Source: Diplonema japonicum (lineage: Eukaryota > Protista > Euglenozoa: Diplonemea). Taken from it: a DNA stretch of 64,000 nt. This document shows, in pieces, positions 9,261-20,571 of the stretch (position 1 is the first letter of the stretch; each line of letters starts with the position of its first letter). The DNA is taken from positions 1 to 64,000 of the forward strand of contig OZ025731.1 in assembly GCA_964019335.1 (NCBI GenBank), written 5' to 3'. The translations under genes were made by a program, and so were the position numbers. Under the pieces are notes generated by a model, which saw nothing but the letters and a program-made list of their open reading frames with translations, searched no databases and was not told the origin of the DNA.

Positions 9261-9328
9261 GTAGTGAGAGACGCCTCCACGGCCCCGCCGTTACGGCACC
9301 GCGTTCCGCGGTCCCAGAGGGTCCTGAA

Positions 9329-9498
9329 GCGAACAACAAAGACATATAGTCATAAAGAATTATTTTTGTTACAAATATTTATCTTTCAAAAAATGATTTT
9401 ATAACTTTATGCAACTTGTGCCGAGCAAAAAACTTTCGCAGCTTTTTAAAAATCTTTTTTGCTCGTGCGAACAACAAAGACATATAGTCATAAAGAAT

Positions 9499-9505
<7 letters not shown>
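9329..9505. repeat. Dispersed AT-rich ~140-bp repeat with a 39-bp internal direct duplication; second copy at 59290-59434
   Basis: GCGAACAACAAAGACATATAGTCATAAAGAATTATTTTT occurs at 9329 and 9467. Segment 9362-9505 is near-identical to 59290-59434. Confidence 0.9.
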
Positions 9506-9538
<33 letters not shown>

Positions 9539-9589
9539 ATTCTATTTACTTCTACTGCTGGTCCTGTGCAATCATCTCTTCGATTGAAC

Positions 9590-12500
9590 CAGTGATGGGT
9601 GAATCCTAATTAGGACTAGACCAGACTGGACCGGACCAGACCGGATCCGGCGTGAATTTCGACCCAATTATGCCGGACTGACCGGACTGACCAGACTGAC
9701 CAGACTGGACCGGACCGGACTGGACTGGACTGGACTGAACCGGACCGGACAAGATACAACCACAACACCACATTCCCCCCTTTTTTTTTTGCTGCAGAGT
9801 TCAAACGTATAAACAGATGTCTACAAGAAAAGATGTTACACAGGTACTGAGAGACGACAACAACAACAACAATGAGAAACGAAGAAAAAAAAAAAAAAAA
9901 AAAAACTTTTATCTTCTTTTTCAGGTGGTGGGGATAACATGAAAATATAAGAAAAACATCAGATGTGTTCGCTGTTGACCTCCTCATCGGTCATCACCAA
10001 GCAAACCGCATGAGTGCAGAATCTTGGTTTCCTGGGGTGCCCCAGGACCAGACTGGACCAGACTGGACTGGATCCAGCGTGAATTTCGACCCAATTATGC
10101 CGGACTGACCGGACTGACCAGACTGACCAGACTGGACCGGACCGGACCGGACCGGACCAGACCGGACTGAACCAGACTGGACAAGATACAACCACAACAC
10201 CACATCCCCCCTTTTTTTTTGCTGTGGAGTTCAAACGTATAAACAGATGTCTACAAGAAAAGATGTTACACAGGTACTGAGAGACGACAACAACAACAAC
10301 AACAACGAGAAGAAGAAAAGAAAAAGGAGCAACAGTACTGGTTCCTGTTCATCTTCATCTTCCTCCTCAAAGCCATGTGCCGCTACTAACATTGAAGAAC
10401 TACTCAGTCAAAAACCCGAATGTGGCCCTACTTTAACCTGCACCCAGAAGAAAACTGGGCTTTCTCAGTCTGCGATGTTGCAGTTCATCAGTGGCAAAGG
10501 TAGGAGAAAGAAAAAAAAAGAAAAAAAAAAGGCATTGGCAGTACATTTAAAGCATTCTTTTGGGAAACCGGTGGTAAAAACACGATACCGACTGCAACTG
10601 ACGAGGCAGTGGCTTGGGATGGTACGATTGTTGGTGTCATTCCTGGGGTTGCAGCTGCTTGTGTATATGAGCAGGAGCCTGGAATCATTTTCCACTTCCC
10701 TCCCAAAACTGTGGACGAACGAGTGTACCGCCTTGTAGAAGTTACCTCAACCAACCCCAATCACCTTTCTGAGACGGAAGCAAAGCTGAGGCTTGCACAG
10801 CTTAAGGTGAAGGAGCTACAGGAAAAGCTGAAACACTTTCAGAGTTCCACGTCCGGAGACCTGCTTCACCCCCCACAGACCCTCCCTACACCTGACCAGC
10901 CTGCTGGTGCCAAAGAAGAAAGAGGGGCAGTTTCAATTTGGGAATTAAAAGACTGGAACTACGTCTATGCCTACCCTCGAGCGGTACCACACACACAAGA
11001 AAAAAAAAAAAAAAAAAAATAGGATAAAAAGGACTATGCACCAAACCAAAAATTTTTTTATTCTGCAATTGTGAGTGACAAAAAACGCAAGTGCGAAAAC
11101 CCAAGTTGTACCGTGCACATTGTTAACACAATGGGCAATTTGCAAGATCACTGGATGCGATTCCATAGCTGCCGGAAGAAAAAAGAGGGAAGAGAAAGCA
11201 AAGGCGAGTGCAGAAGCGCGGGAAAAGAAGATGCAGGCTAAGAAAAAGAAAATGGACGAACCCAAGGTGTCACAGCCACAGTCGCAATCGCAGTCACAGT
11301 CACAATCACAGTCACAGGTTCAGAGTTCACCATCTTCAGCTAAAGCCAAGGTAAAAGAAGAAGACGAAGTGGGGGGAAAAAAAAAAAAGAAAAACAAACA
11401 CTAGGTAAGCAATGTTATCAATGAAATGAGAGAACTTCCTGTTCTTGACAGGGTTTGCTTTTTGATCGGTCTGCATTGCCTACCTCTCATCCTGTGTGAA
11501 AGGAATTTTTTTCGTAGCCTGTTTACCCCTGGTAGCCTTGTGGGGATAGACAGGAAGAAAGTGCGGAGCCGCATTCTGGAATTGGGAGAGAGTGTCTTCC
11601 ATTCCATTTTGGAAGGCTTGAGAATGTGTTCTTGATGGTTGATGGTGCTACCTTCAACCGTCGAACCGTTCTTGGCTTCAGCCTTTCGGACGGTGAGCGC
11701 AGCTATTTTTGCAAGGTCTGTTTTTTCAAAAACCTGATACAGAGCGTCCGAACTAGTTTTCTTTTCCAACTGAGGGCAGTTTTCTAGGAGTGGGAAATCA
11801 TCTGAAGGACAAACACAACACAGATAATTGATCTCTCGAAGGTGAGAGTGACTGCTGCAGAGATCACAAAGCACATCACGGAGACGATCAATGAGCTTCG
11901 AACGGTTTGGGGGAGAAAGGGAAAGAAGGGGATAAAAAGGGAAGAAGCGGGAAAAAAAAGAAAAAAAAGAGGGGAATCCTTGTTTTTTCTGTCTGTGCAG
12001 ACAACGCCAGCGCCATGCAGTGTGCGCTTGAGAAGATCGCCGAGCAGTTTTGCTTGACCCAGATGCAAGACACTGTGGACACTGACACTGCAGCCACCGA
12101 CACTGACACCGACACTGATTCAGGTATTCTTTGTGTTTTTTGTGGCCAGGAACAGACTCTCCATGTAGAGTTTGTTTTCATGTTATATTGATCTTTTTTT
12201 TTTTTTAAAAGACACCGAATCTACAACCGGGTCGATCTATTCATTTTCCAAGACTGAAAGCACTGTATTAGATTCTGCACTTGACAGTGCTGCCGAAGAG
12301 CTGCAGTTGAGTGGAGTGTTGGCCTACCATTGTGTGGCCCACTCACTGCAGCTCTCACTGGGGGACGTTTTCAAAGTTCCTCGCTTTGAAAAGGTGCTAT
12401 GCAAGGTGAAGGTATAAAACGAAAAAAGGGAGGGGGAAAAGAAATAATATTGTTAAACTTGTCGTTTTGGTTTTTCGCAAAAAGAAAAAGAAGAAAAAAA

Positions 12501-13462
12501 AAAAAAAAAGAACTTGGTGAGGAAATGGACGACACAAAGTGGTACCCTTGGACTGAGAAACGTCCAGGAGGTTAATGGTGTTAGATCAAACGAAATCCGC
12601 TTCATCAAGGCTTATGCAGAGACGAGATGGAATTCAATTGTTGAAACTATGATTTCCATTTCGTCCCTGTACCAATTCCTTGGTGAAGATGACGTGGGTT
12701 TCCTGGCTGAATTGAACTTCACGATCTGTGTCTGTGCCCCTTTTGCAGACGCCACAGATGTGGTGCAGGCTGATTCCGCTGGCATGGCCTTGGTGGCCAG
12801 TGAGGTTCACCGGGTGCTGCACAGGCTGCAAGAGATGAAGTGTGCAGAATGGCTCAAGGAGTCTGATGTTTCCACATTAGACAAGCTCATTCTTTTGTTT
12901 GAAAAGAGAGTACGAACAAATATGTCGTTCATGGGAATACGATTGTTCATGTTCTTAAACCCCCAAAACATGACCAATGAACTCACAGACAGGAATGAGC
13001 TGTTTGAGTGCTTGGTCAGACACCTGAAACCGTTTGCAAATGCATGGAACTTGGAGTCGTCAGAAGAACAGCTCCATGTTCAAATTAATAAATATTGTGC
13101 AATGGGTAGGAGTGAGAATTTTAATTATTTTAGTGGAATGCTAAACTGTGCAAGATGGGCACCCTGGCAACTTTTGCCTTGGCCCTCAGCACCAGTTTAG
13201 CTTCTGAAGCCCCAACAGAGTGCCATTTCAAAGTGGTTGCTAAAACTCTGCACAAATCAAGATGTAGACTTGATACAAAGGTTGTTAATGCTTGCCTGCA
13301 AATTGTGGTGAATTACCGCTTTGTGAAGCCCCTGTTTTTTGAAGGGGAGCAAAAAGAGAAGCATAGCCGTGCAAAACGGGCAGAGCATTGTAGAGTTGAG
13401 GAAAGTGAGAGAGATCTGTTTACACAGACTTAGCTTCCTTTACACTACTTTTCCCATCACTC
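9590..13462 (+). mobile_element. hAT-superfamily DNA transposon with an intron-containing, decayed transposase
   Basis: Left end CAGTGATGGG followed by GGACC/GACTG pentamer subterminal arrays, duplicated at about 9610-9870 and 10045-10300. Transposase motifs: BED-like C..C..H..H, VFLMVDG, CADNAS, CVAHSLQL, TRWNS, SEAPTECHF. The right end (CCCATCACT at 13453) is uncertain and has no TSD. Confidence 0.75.
10609..13433 (+). pseudogene. hAT transposase, fragmented by introns and frameshifts
   Basis: ORF pieces 10609-11022, 11426-11635, 11842-12191, 12172-12417, 12514-13200 and 13155-13433 carry the ordered hAT motifs, separated by GT..AG A-rich spacers. Confidence 0.8.
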
Positions 13463-14799
13463 ACATTTCCCCTCCCCCTTTTTTTATTTCCTCGTTCCCT
13501 TGTATATCTTTAATTCTCGTTTACTAACTAAAAGAAGTTTCACAGGAGCTAGGAAGAAAAACAGGGAAGTACAAAAATGTGTCAAGGTACATGTTGTGGG
13601 CACTTGGGACACTCTGGCTGGGGTTGAGCTGTACACCACACACATTAAAGACATGACACAGAATGCAGAAGAAGCTACAACCTGGCCGCGGTGCACCCCT
13701 GTAAGTAGACAGTTCTTGTGCAGGGTGCCACCAACACTGGCCTCCTTTAACTCTTATCGTTCAGGTGGTGGGGATAACATGGAAATATAAGAAGTACATC
13801 AGATGTGTTGTTCACTGTTGACCTCCTCGTTGACAAACAGGCATTTCCTCTATCCACTTAGCCGGTCATCACCTGTAGCACAAATCGCAGATGCTCAGGG
13901 TGAGTAAACTACATAGGGCACCAGCTGGGGTTGAGCTGCTCCAAGAAGGGTGCCATGAAGAGAAAAATAAAAAGAAAGGAACAAGGAAAAAAAGAGAAAA
14001 GAAACAGTGAGCAGCAACCTTATTTAACAATACCCAAATATTACCCACGTTTTACCAACAACCCCACCCCCAGAAGGAAAAAAAAAAAAGAAAAAAAAAG
14101 AAGAAAAAAGAAAGGAAAAAAAAAAAAAAAAAGAAAAAATGTAACCCAAGGCAAAACTTGTAGATAAAGACCCTGCAAATGTGTGGTATGAGTTGCTCAC
14201 CCCCCTACCCAAAAGTGAGCAAAGCGTCCGTTAAAGAAAAGCAAGCCAGGATAGACTTGTGTACCCTTTTTTCACTCCTCTTCACTTTCACCCACCCAGG
14301 CCCCACCCACCCCTACCCCTACCCGAGGCCAGGGAGGGAGAAAAAGAAAGGAGAGGGCTTGGCCAGCCAAAAAAAAAAAGAAGTTTAAAGGGGGGGCCCA
14401 AATAATTCCCTCCCAAATAATGTGTTTTTTCCCAAATAATTCTTTTTTTTTCGGGGATTCTTCTGCTCCAAATTTCCCAAATAATTCCCAACCCCCTTTC
14501 TTTTTTTTTTGGGGGACCGGGGGGGTGGGGTCACATGGTAGTTGTACAACGGGTTTTTCTCAGTTACCTGTGCAGGGTACTAGCCTACCTAACCCATTAT
14601 GACACCCCTTTTTTGACCAAAAGTCGATTTTCACCTGGTTTTGGGCACTTACAAGCAGTAATTCCTTTGCATTTTGAACAGGGACCACGGGGTTTGGCAC
14701 CTGCTGTGTCGTAGCCCACTGGCGGTATTGTGAGGCTGCTTACACAAGTAAGAGTGCTGGCCCAGCAAGCTATGAGGGCAAAAACCCCATTTTCTTCTA

Positions 14800-16260
14800 G
14801 AAGATGAGAAATATATTATTGTGCAACATGATCAGACTGGAACGGCCACCCCAGGGCATCCTCTGCTCAACCCAGTGGACATGGGAGGCCCTTCTTATCA
14901 GTGGCATTATCAGCACAGACTGAAAACACTATCACATCCTGCTCTCTCAAGTTGGAGATTACCTCTTTCACTTGGTGGGTGATCTCAGCAGAGGTAGTGG
15001 AGACTAGCAAGCAGTCTACCAGTTTTAAAAAAAAGCTGCTGTTCCATCAGACACACTAATCCCCAGAAAACTTCTCCTATTAATCATTGCACCATCAATT
15101 AATATGAAAACATTTTCTCCTTGCATGCTTTTAAGCATGTGTGTTCTGGTCTCTGCACCCAATTCCAACACACATCCTTGCAATTTATTCCTATTGATGC
15201 CCCTTAAGGTATGTGGTTGAAACAGGCTGTGAAAAAACCAATGTTCACAGAGCATGAATGGGACAGTATAAGCAGGACATAATCATGATCCAATTGAGTA
15301 ATGGCAGACTTGCCTGTAACTCTGTGATCACAGAACTACTCGTTGGTGCAGTTGGGGCTTTCTCCAAATTCTGAGACAAAGATAGAGCTGGCTTACTCTT
15401 AAGCTCCTTTTCTCTTTCCTTCTGCTTGTCTGCTTTTTGGTTTGCTGCTTTTTCCTTTGCTGCAATTGCTGCTGGAGAGTGCACATGTAGCCAATGATCA
15501 GAGAGCTTTCCCATCCTGTTATGGATTTTCTTCAGGCAGAGACTACATTTTCTATCTCATCTGTTCAGTCATCTTTTTCAAGGATGGCATTACCATAGAA
15601 GTAAACATTCACCCTGTCCAAAGGGGTCTCACCATCCTTTGGAAATGCCAATGTGAAATTCCATTTTTTCTGCTTTTCAACAGGGGTTGGTTTTTTGCTG
15701 TTGCTCTTTTCTTCAGCCACGGTGTGAGAGGTGTGAGAACACCACTGCAAGTTGAATGTGGCTGTGAACAATGCAGCTCTTCCTGGAGATTCTTTATTTT
15801 CTCCTCTGCAAGACACAACTTTGCCTGTGTGTCATGCAGTAGATTTGGGCTGACATGGTTTGTTTCTTTGAGTGCAAACACCTTGTAACTCCCATCACAC
15901 ACTGGAGGGAAGAAGTGCATGTCACCAGGATCCTGTGCATACTCAACTGCTGCACCTGCCCCAGCAAGGTTACCAATAACAGTCCCATCCCATGCATTCA
16001 GGACATCATTGTTGTTGATTCAATGCCTGTTGTCCAGCTTTTTCCAGAACTGGACTTTAAAGGTGGACCCCACACCATTGTCAGCAATAAATGCTAGCAT
16101 CTCTGCACATGCAAAGCCATTCTTCTTGCTAGTCCACATAAACATAGCAGCCTTGCAGGGTGTTTGGCTATGCAGTTCACCAACTTTCTGGCTAAGCTGG
16201 GGTGAAGGGCTTCTTGATACTGATCCACTCCTTTTCCACTTTCGAATAGCCTGAGAATTC
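14800..16260 (-). pseudogene. Second, related hAT transposase relic (N-terminal half), heavily CpG-decayed
   Basis: Peptides KWNFTLAFPK, MGKLSDHWLHVHS, ENVFILIDGAMINRRSFLGISVSDG and SADNA are colinear with WNYVYAYPR, MGNLQDHWMRFHS, ENVFLMVDGATFNRRTVLGFSLSDG and CADNA of the first copy. Confidence 0.8.
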
Positions 16261-16864
16261 TTTGGTTTTGGTTTTGACAAGATGACTTGCAGGAGGTGAC
16301 CACAGCCACAGCCACAGCCCACAGGAGCAAGACCACAGCTTGTAGCACTTTGGTGGTATTCCACCCAGGGGGGCCCCCCATCCCCCTGAAACCCTGGGAA
16401 ATAAGGGGGGGGGGTTGGCAGCCAATCAGAAGAGAGGACACGGAGCACGTAACTTGTGATCACCACCCAGGGGCTAGCACCCTCGAGTCCATTGAAAACT
16501 CGGCAGTGAACTGATGAGCCACACCGAGTGAGAGGTGTCTTTGTTAAGTGGCAAAACCAGTGATCTCAAGCTACAGCTCTTAGGTATGAAGCGAAAAACA
16601 CGAACACACAGGACACACCAAGTGGGAGGGGGCGATGGCAGTGGATCTTGTTGTGGGTGCATCTGGACCCACTTCCCCATGACCTGTCTCAAAGCCAAAT
16701 TTCCCTATGGAAAAATTCCAAAAAAATGGCAAAATCAGCCTTGGTATGGGCTCTATGGGGGGGGGGGGGGAATTTCTTTTACGAAAAAATAAAAAAAGTC
16801 CATTTTGAGGGTGCCCAAGAGCCAGGTGACCCCAGAAAAAAAATTTTTTTTTCACCACTCAAGG

Positions 16865-17122
16865 CAGTGTTGGTCCAGACCCTTGAGGGACTCAGGGACT
16901 CCAAGGGACAGGACAGGAGTCCCCTGAAATTTTCAGGGGTCTGGAGGGGACTCAGGGGACTCTTGGGACCAAAAAATTTCTTTGTGTTTTTTGTGTCACA
17001 AAGACCCAACTTTAGGCTGGGGCTTGCATTTTTTTGGTACTTTTGGTTTCAAAAGTTCAAAAAAAGAGGTCCTAGGTTTGGGTGGGATCTTAGGCAAGGC
17101 TCATACTACCTTGTTGTGACTA

Positions 17123-17160
<38 letters not shown>

Positions 17161-17227
17161 TCTGGGGGTTTGGGGACCAGCTTTGAAAAAAAAAATATTA
17201 AAAAGAGGCTTGCAAGAAAAGTACAAT

Positions 17228-17264
<37 letters not shown>

Positions 17265-18437
17265 AAAAGGGATGGGCAGTGTTGGCCAGACTGGTGGGGT
17301 CTGAGGGGTCTGGCCCACAAACCACCCCAACACCACAAATTTTCGACAAAAAAAAAAAGAAAAAAAAAACAATAAAATTTCAGTGTGCATGGGGGTGCTG
17401 ACTGTTGGTAAAAAAAAAAAAAAAAAAAAGCTTTTATCTTCTTTTTCAGGTGGTGGGATAACATCAGATGTGTTGTTTGCTCCTCATGTCATCACTGAGC
17501 AACCACACAAGTGCAGAATCTTGGTTACCTGGGGTGCCCTGGCTGGGGTTGAGCTGAACACCACACACATTAAGGACACGACACAGATGCAGAAGAAGCT
17601 ACAACCCGGCCGTCCGGCATCGTGATTAAGGAAATGATGCGGAACACAAAAGCTACAACTCGGCCGCGGTGATTAAGGACACAACGCAGAACACAGAAGA
17701 AGCTACAACCCGGCCGTGGTGGTTAAGGAAATGACACGGAATGCAAGTTACAACCTGGCTGCAGTGATTAAGGGCACGACGTGGAACGCAGAAGAAGCTA
17801 CAACTCGGCTGCAGTGTGCCCCCTGTAATCAAGTAGACAGTTCTTGTGCAGGGTGCTGCCAACACCGGCCTCCTTTAACTCATATATTTATCTCCTATAT
17901 CAGGTGGGGGGGGGGGGGGTAACATGAAAATATGTGCAACAAACAGGCAGTGCGATGCAGGGGTTGAGCTGTACATTGCACATTAGGGGCACAGTGCTGA
18001 AAGTAAGGAACCAATCTGTTTACACAGGTTGTATAAACATACACCCTCCTCTTGCATATTATTTATTATTTCCCCCTTTTTCCATTACATCCAAATACAA
18101 CATTTGATGCGGAAAGCAGAAACAACAGCTTGGCTTAGGTGTGCGAAAAAATGTGAGAAGACAAGAAAAAAAGAAGGAAAAAAAAAAAAAAAAAAGGTAA
18201 ACACATCATGTATGTCAAAAAAAATCAAGGATTTTTTTCTCTTTTTTTTCCCCCATTTTTTTTTTTTTTTTTTTTCAAAGGGAAAAAAAAAAAAAAAAAA
18301 AAAGTTGCAAAACTATCAAAAATAATGTGTTGGGGAGAGTCCCGTGAGTCCCGTCGAGTCCCGTCCCGTGGAGTCCCGTGAGTCCCGTCCAGGCCCGTAT
18401 TCCGTTTTAGGGGACGGGACAGGACTGACCAACACTG
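16865..18437. mobile_element. Non-autonomous hAT-like element with 11-bp TIRs and a 7-8-bp TSD
   Basis: CAGTGTTGGTC (16865) ... GACCAACACTG (18427-18437). CTCAAGG(C) flanks both sides (16858-16865 and 18438-18445). GGGACTC/GAGTCCC subterminal repeats. Another related end, GACCCAACACTG at 18541-18552, suggests nesting. Confidence 0.8.
17565..17820. repeat. Degenerate ~50-bp tandem repeat (TTAAGGA...GCAGAAGAAGCTACAACCCGGCCG) inside the hAT element; related block at 13610-13830
   Basis: About five visible units. Confidence 0.7.
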
Positions 18438-19318
18438 CTCAAGGCCGTTCCCTTTCGTTCCCCCGTCCCCTGAATTCCCTCAAGGGAATCGTTCCCTTCC
18501 CTCCGTTCCCCTGGATTCCCTCAAATTCCCTTGAGGGAACGACCCAACACTGCATACATCTCCAGCCGAGCAATGGCAGCTTGCGCCAAGGCTCGCGGTA
18601 TACGCCCCCACCTGATGTGTCTCCTCCCATCAAGCATCAGCATGCAGCACGTGCCTGTCAAGCTGGCATCCATGTAGGCCTCAAGCCTTACTGTAGGTCG
18701 CTTGGCCCACCGTTTCCACTCGTTTTGTCTTAAATTCTGATTTTCCAGTTTAGTGTAGGCCACACCCTACGTGGCCAAAAGTATTGAATTGTTGCTGACC
18801 TCCTCATAGTCCGGGCAACGGATGAGTGGAAGTCCCTGCAGTACTGGCAACAGGGGGCATATGGAGCATCGGGAACAAGAAATCCCAGCGTAACAAACCC
18901 CTTTGTTAATCATATCGATGCTTAGGGAGCTTGGACTTCACCGCAACCGCGCTTTGAATTGGGCAGCAGGTCGGACCGCGAAGCGATCCAAGTGTTGGCA
19001 ACACCTCCCAAAGCGAGCTGGGGATGCATGTGCACTCTAGCTTACGGGCGAAAGATAAATGCCCCCCTCCCCTGTCGTGAGGCCTATGGGTGTGGCATGC
19101 CATGTCTAAAACGTTTAGCTCCCTTGAAGCTCACACCAGTGTGCGAGTTTAGCCCATTTTTTAGCACGTTGGCGATGGCTTTGGTCGTCGTTGCAAGAGC
19201 GCCTATAGGAAGTATTGCACGATCCAGTTAACAGAATAGTTTTCTTCTTCTTCTTCTTCCCCCCCCCCCCCCCCCTCTTTTTTCCCCATTGCAATAATAA
19301 GAATAGCATTCAGAACAA

Positions 19319-20518
19319 ATGCCAGCGGAGATCAAAGTTGTATGGGGCGAGACAGTAGTAGCTGTTGCTAGCCAGCTGCTGCAGATGAGTGAGAGAACGG
19401 AGATCAAGGCTAAAGCGGCAGGGGTGGTGAGGTGGTGTCCATGGGATCGGCTTGGTGAGTGTCCGCACAAGACGGAGTGCTCATATGCCCACGCCGCTGA
19501 AAAGAAGAAAGATGATCTGATGAATCTGCTGAAAGATTTATGTTCAGATGAAATAAAACTACTCTCAGAATATCGTGTTGTGCTTGTCGACCCTCAGGAT
19601 TCAAGGAACGTAGGGTCGGTGGCAAGGCTGTGTGCTAACTATGGTATCGACGATATATGGGTGGTGTCAAAAAGGCAGCTGGACTGGGAGGAAAAGCGTA
19701 ACAAAAGATGCAAGTTGCGTGATGGCGACAGTGCCCACCAAGGAGCCCCAACTGGAGAGGTTTACCCAATGCTCAACACAGCATTTTGGAGGTACTCCGA
19801 GATGCTTGCCACAGGAGAAGGTCTACCCCTGTTGAAGTCCTTCAATGTAGTGGCCGACCTTTCGGAAGCGCTAGTAGGTGTCGACAGGGCCATTGCCTTC
19901 ACTGGGAAACGAGGTGCTAATTACAGAGCACCCACTATTGATGTCCCGAGTATCCCAGCAGAAGTAGGCACAGGTAGAATGGCTTTAGTGTTTGGCAACG
20001 AGTCACAGGGTCTCAGCACAAATGACACCTTGCTGTGTTCTGGTGTCTGCACCTTACCAACTACTTCGTATTGCACATCGCTGAACCTATCTCACTCTGT
20101 CATAGTGGTTGCCTCGCGGTTGTGGGAAATGAAGAACGGCACGGCACCCTCCGACCAAGGCATGGAGCTGCCTGTCTTACAGCCCGCGACTGATGCTGAG
20201 GTCGGGGAGCTTTTCGAATTCTGCAGAAATACTCTAGAGAAGAAGAAATACCCCTGCTCAAAATCTGACTGGGGTGGTACAGGAAGACGGCGCAATTTAA
20301 TGGCAAATCTTTGTCACAAGCGTGCCACGACATTGCTGCACCTAGCACAGGTATTCTACTATTTTTACTTATCACCCACAATACAGAGAGCACGGGCCAC
20401 ACCTGAAGAGCTGCAGAACATGAAGCAATTGTTGAACTTGGTTGGTACCGAGTACACCCCGAAAGAGGACGCAGAGTGCTGCACGGAAGAAGCGCCCGCA
20501 GCAGAGACAAACAAGTAG
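19319..20518 (+). CDS. SpoU/TrmH-family (TrmJ-like) RNA 2'-O-methyltransferase with an N-terminal CCCH zinc finger
   Basis: VVLVDPQDSRNVGSVARLCANYG, LVFGNESQGLS, SLNLSHSV. Likely in-frame 36-nt intron at 20351-20386. Confidence 0.88.
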   Translation: MPAEIKVVWGETVVAVASQLLQMSERTEIKAKAAGVVRWCPWDRLGECPHKTECSYAHAAEKKKDDLMNLLKDLCSDEIKLLSEYRVVLVDPQDSRNVGSVARLCANYGIDDIWVVSKRQLDWEEKRNKRCKLRDGDSAHQGAPTGEVYPMLNTAFWRYSEMLATGEGLPLLKSFNVVADLSEALVGVDRAIAFTGKRGANYRAPTIDVPSIPAEVGTGRMALVFGNESQGLSTNDTLLCSGVCTLPTTSYCTSLNLSHSVIVVASRLWEMKNGTAPSDQGMELPVLQPATDAEVGELFEFCRNTLEKKKYPCSKSDWGGTGRRRNLMANLCHKRATTLLHLAQVFYYFYLSPTIQRARATPEELQNMKQLLNLVGTEYTPKEDAECCTEEAPAAETNK

Positions 20519-20571
20519 CTGATTTAGTTGGCATACTTTCTTTTGTATCACACTGCAGGCGACACAAAAAA

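Noticed and set aside
9610-10300. CRISPR-like or coding interpretation of the GGACC/GACTG arrays
   Set aside because: No repeat-spacer structure; they fit transposon subterminal repeats in a eukaryote.
13453-13462. Firm right TIR for the first hAT element
   Set aside because: Only a 9-bp match, with a terminal base mismatch and no target-site duplication.
18553-19230. Short ORFs between the TE block and the first gene
   Set aside because: No recognisable motif; cannot be supported as a gene or TE.
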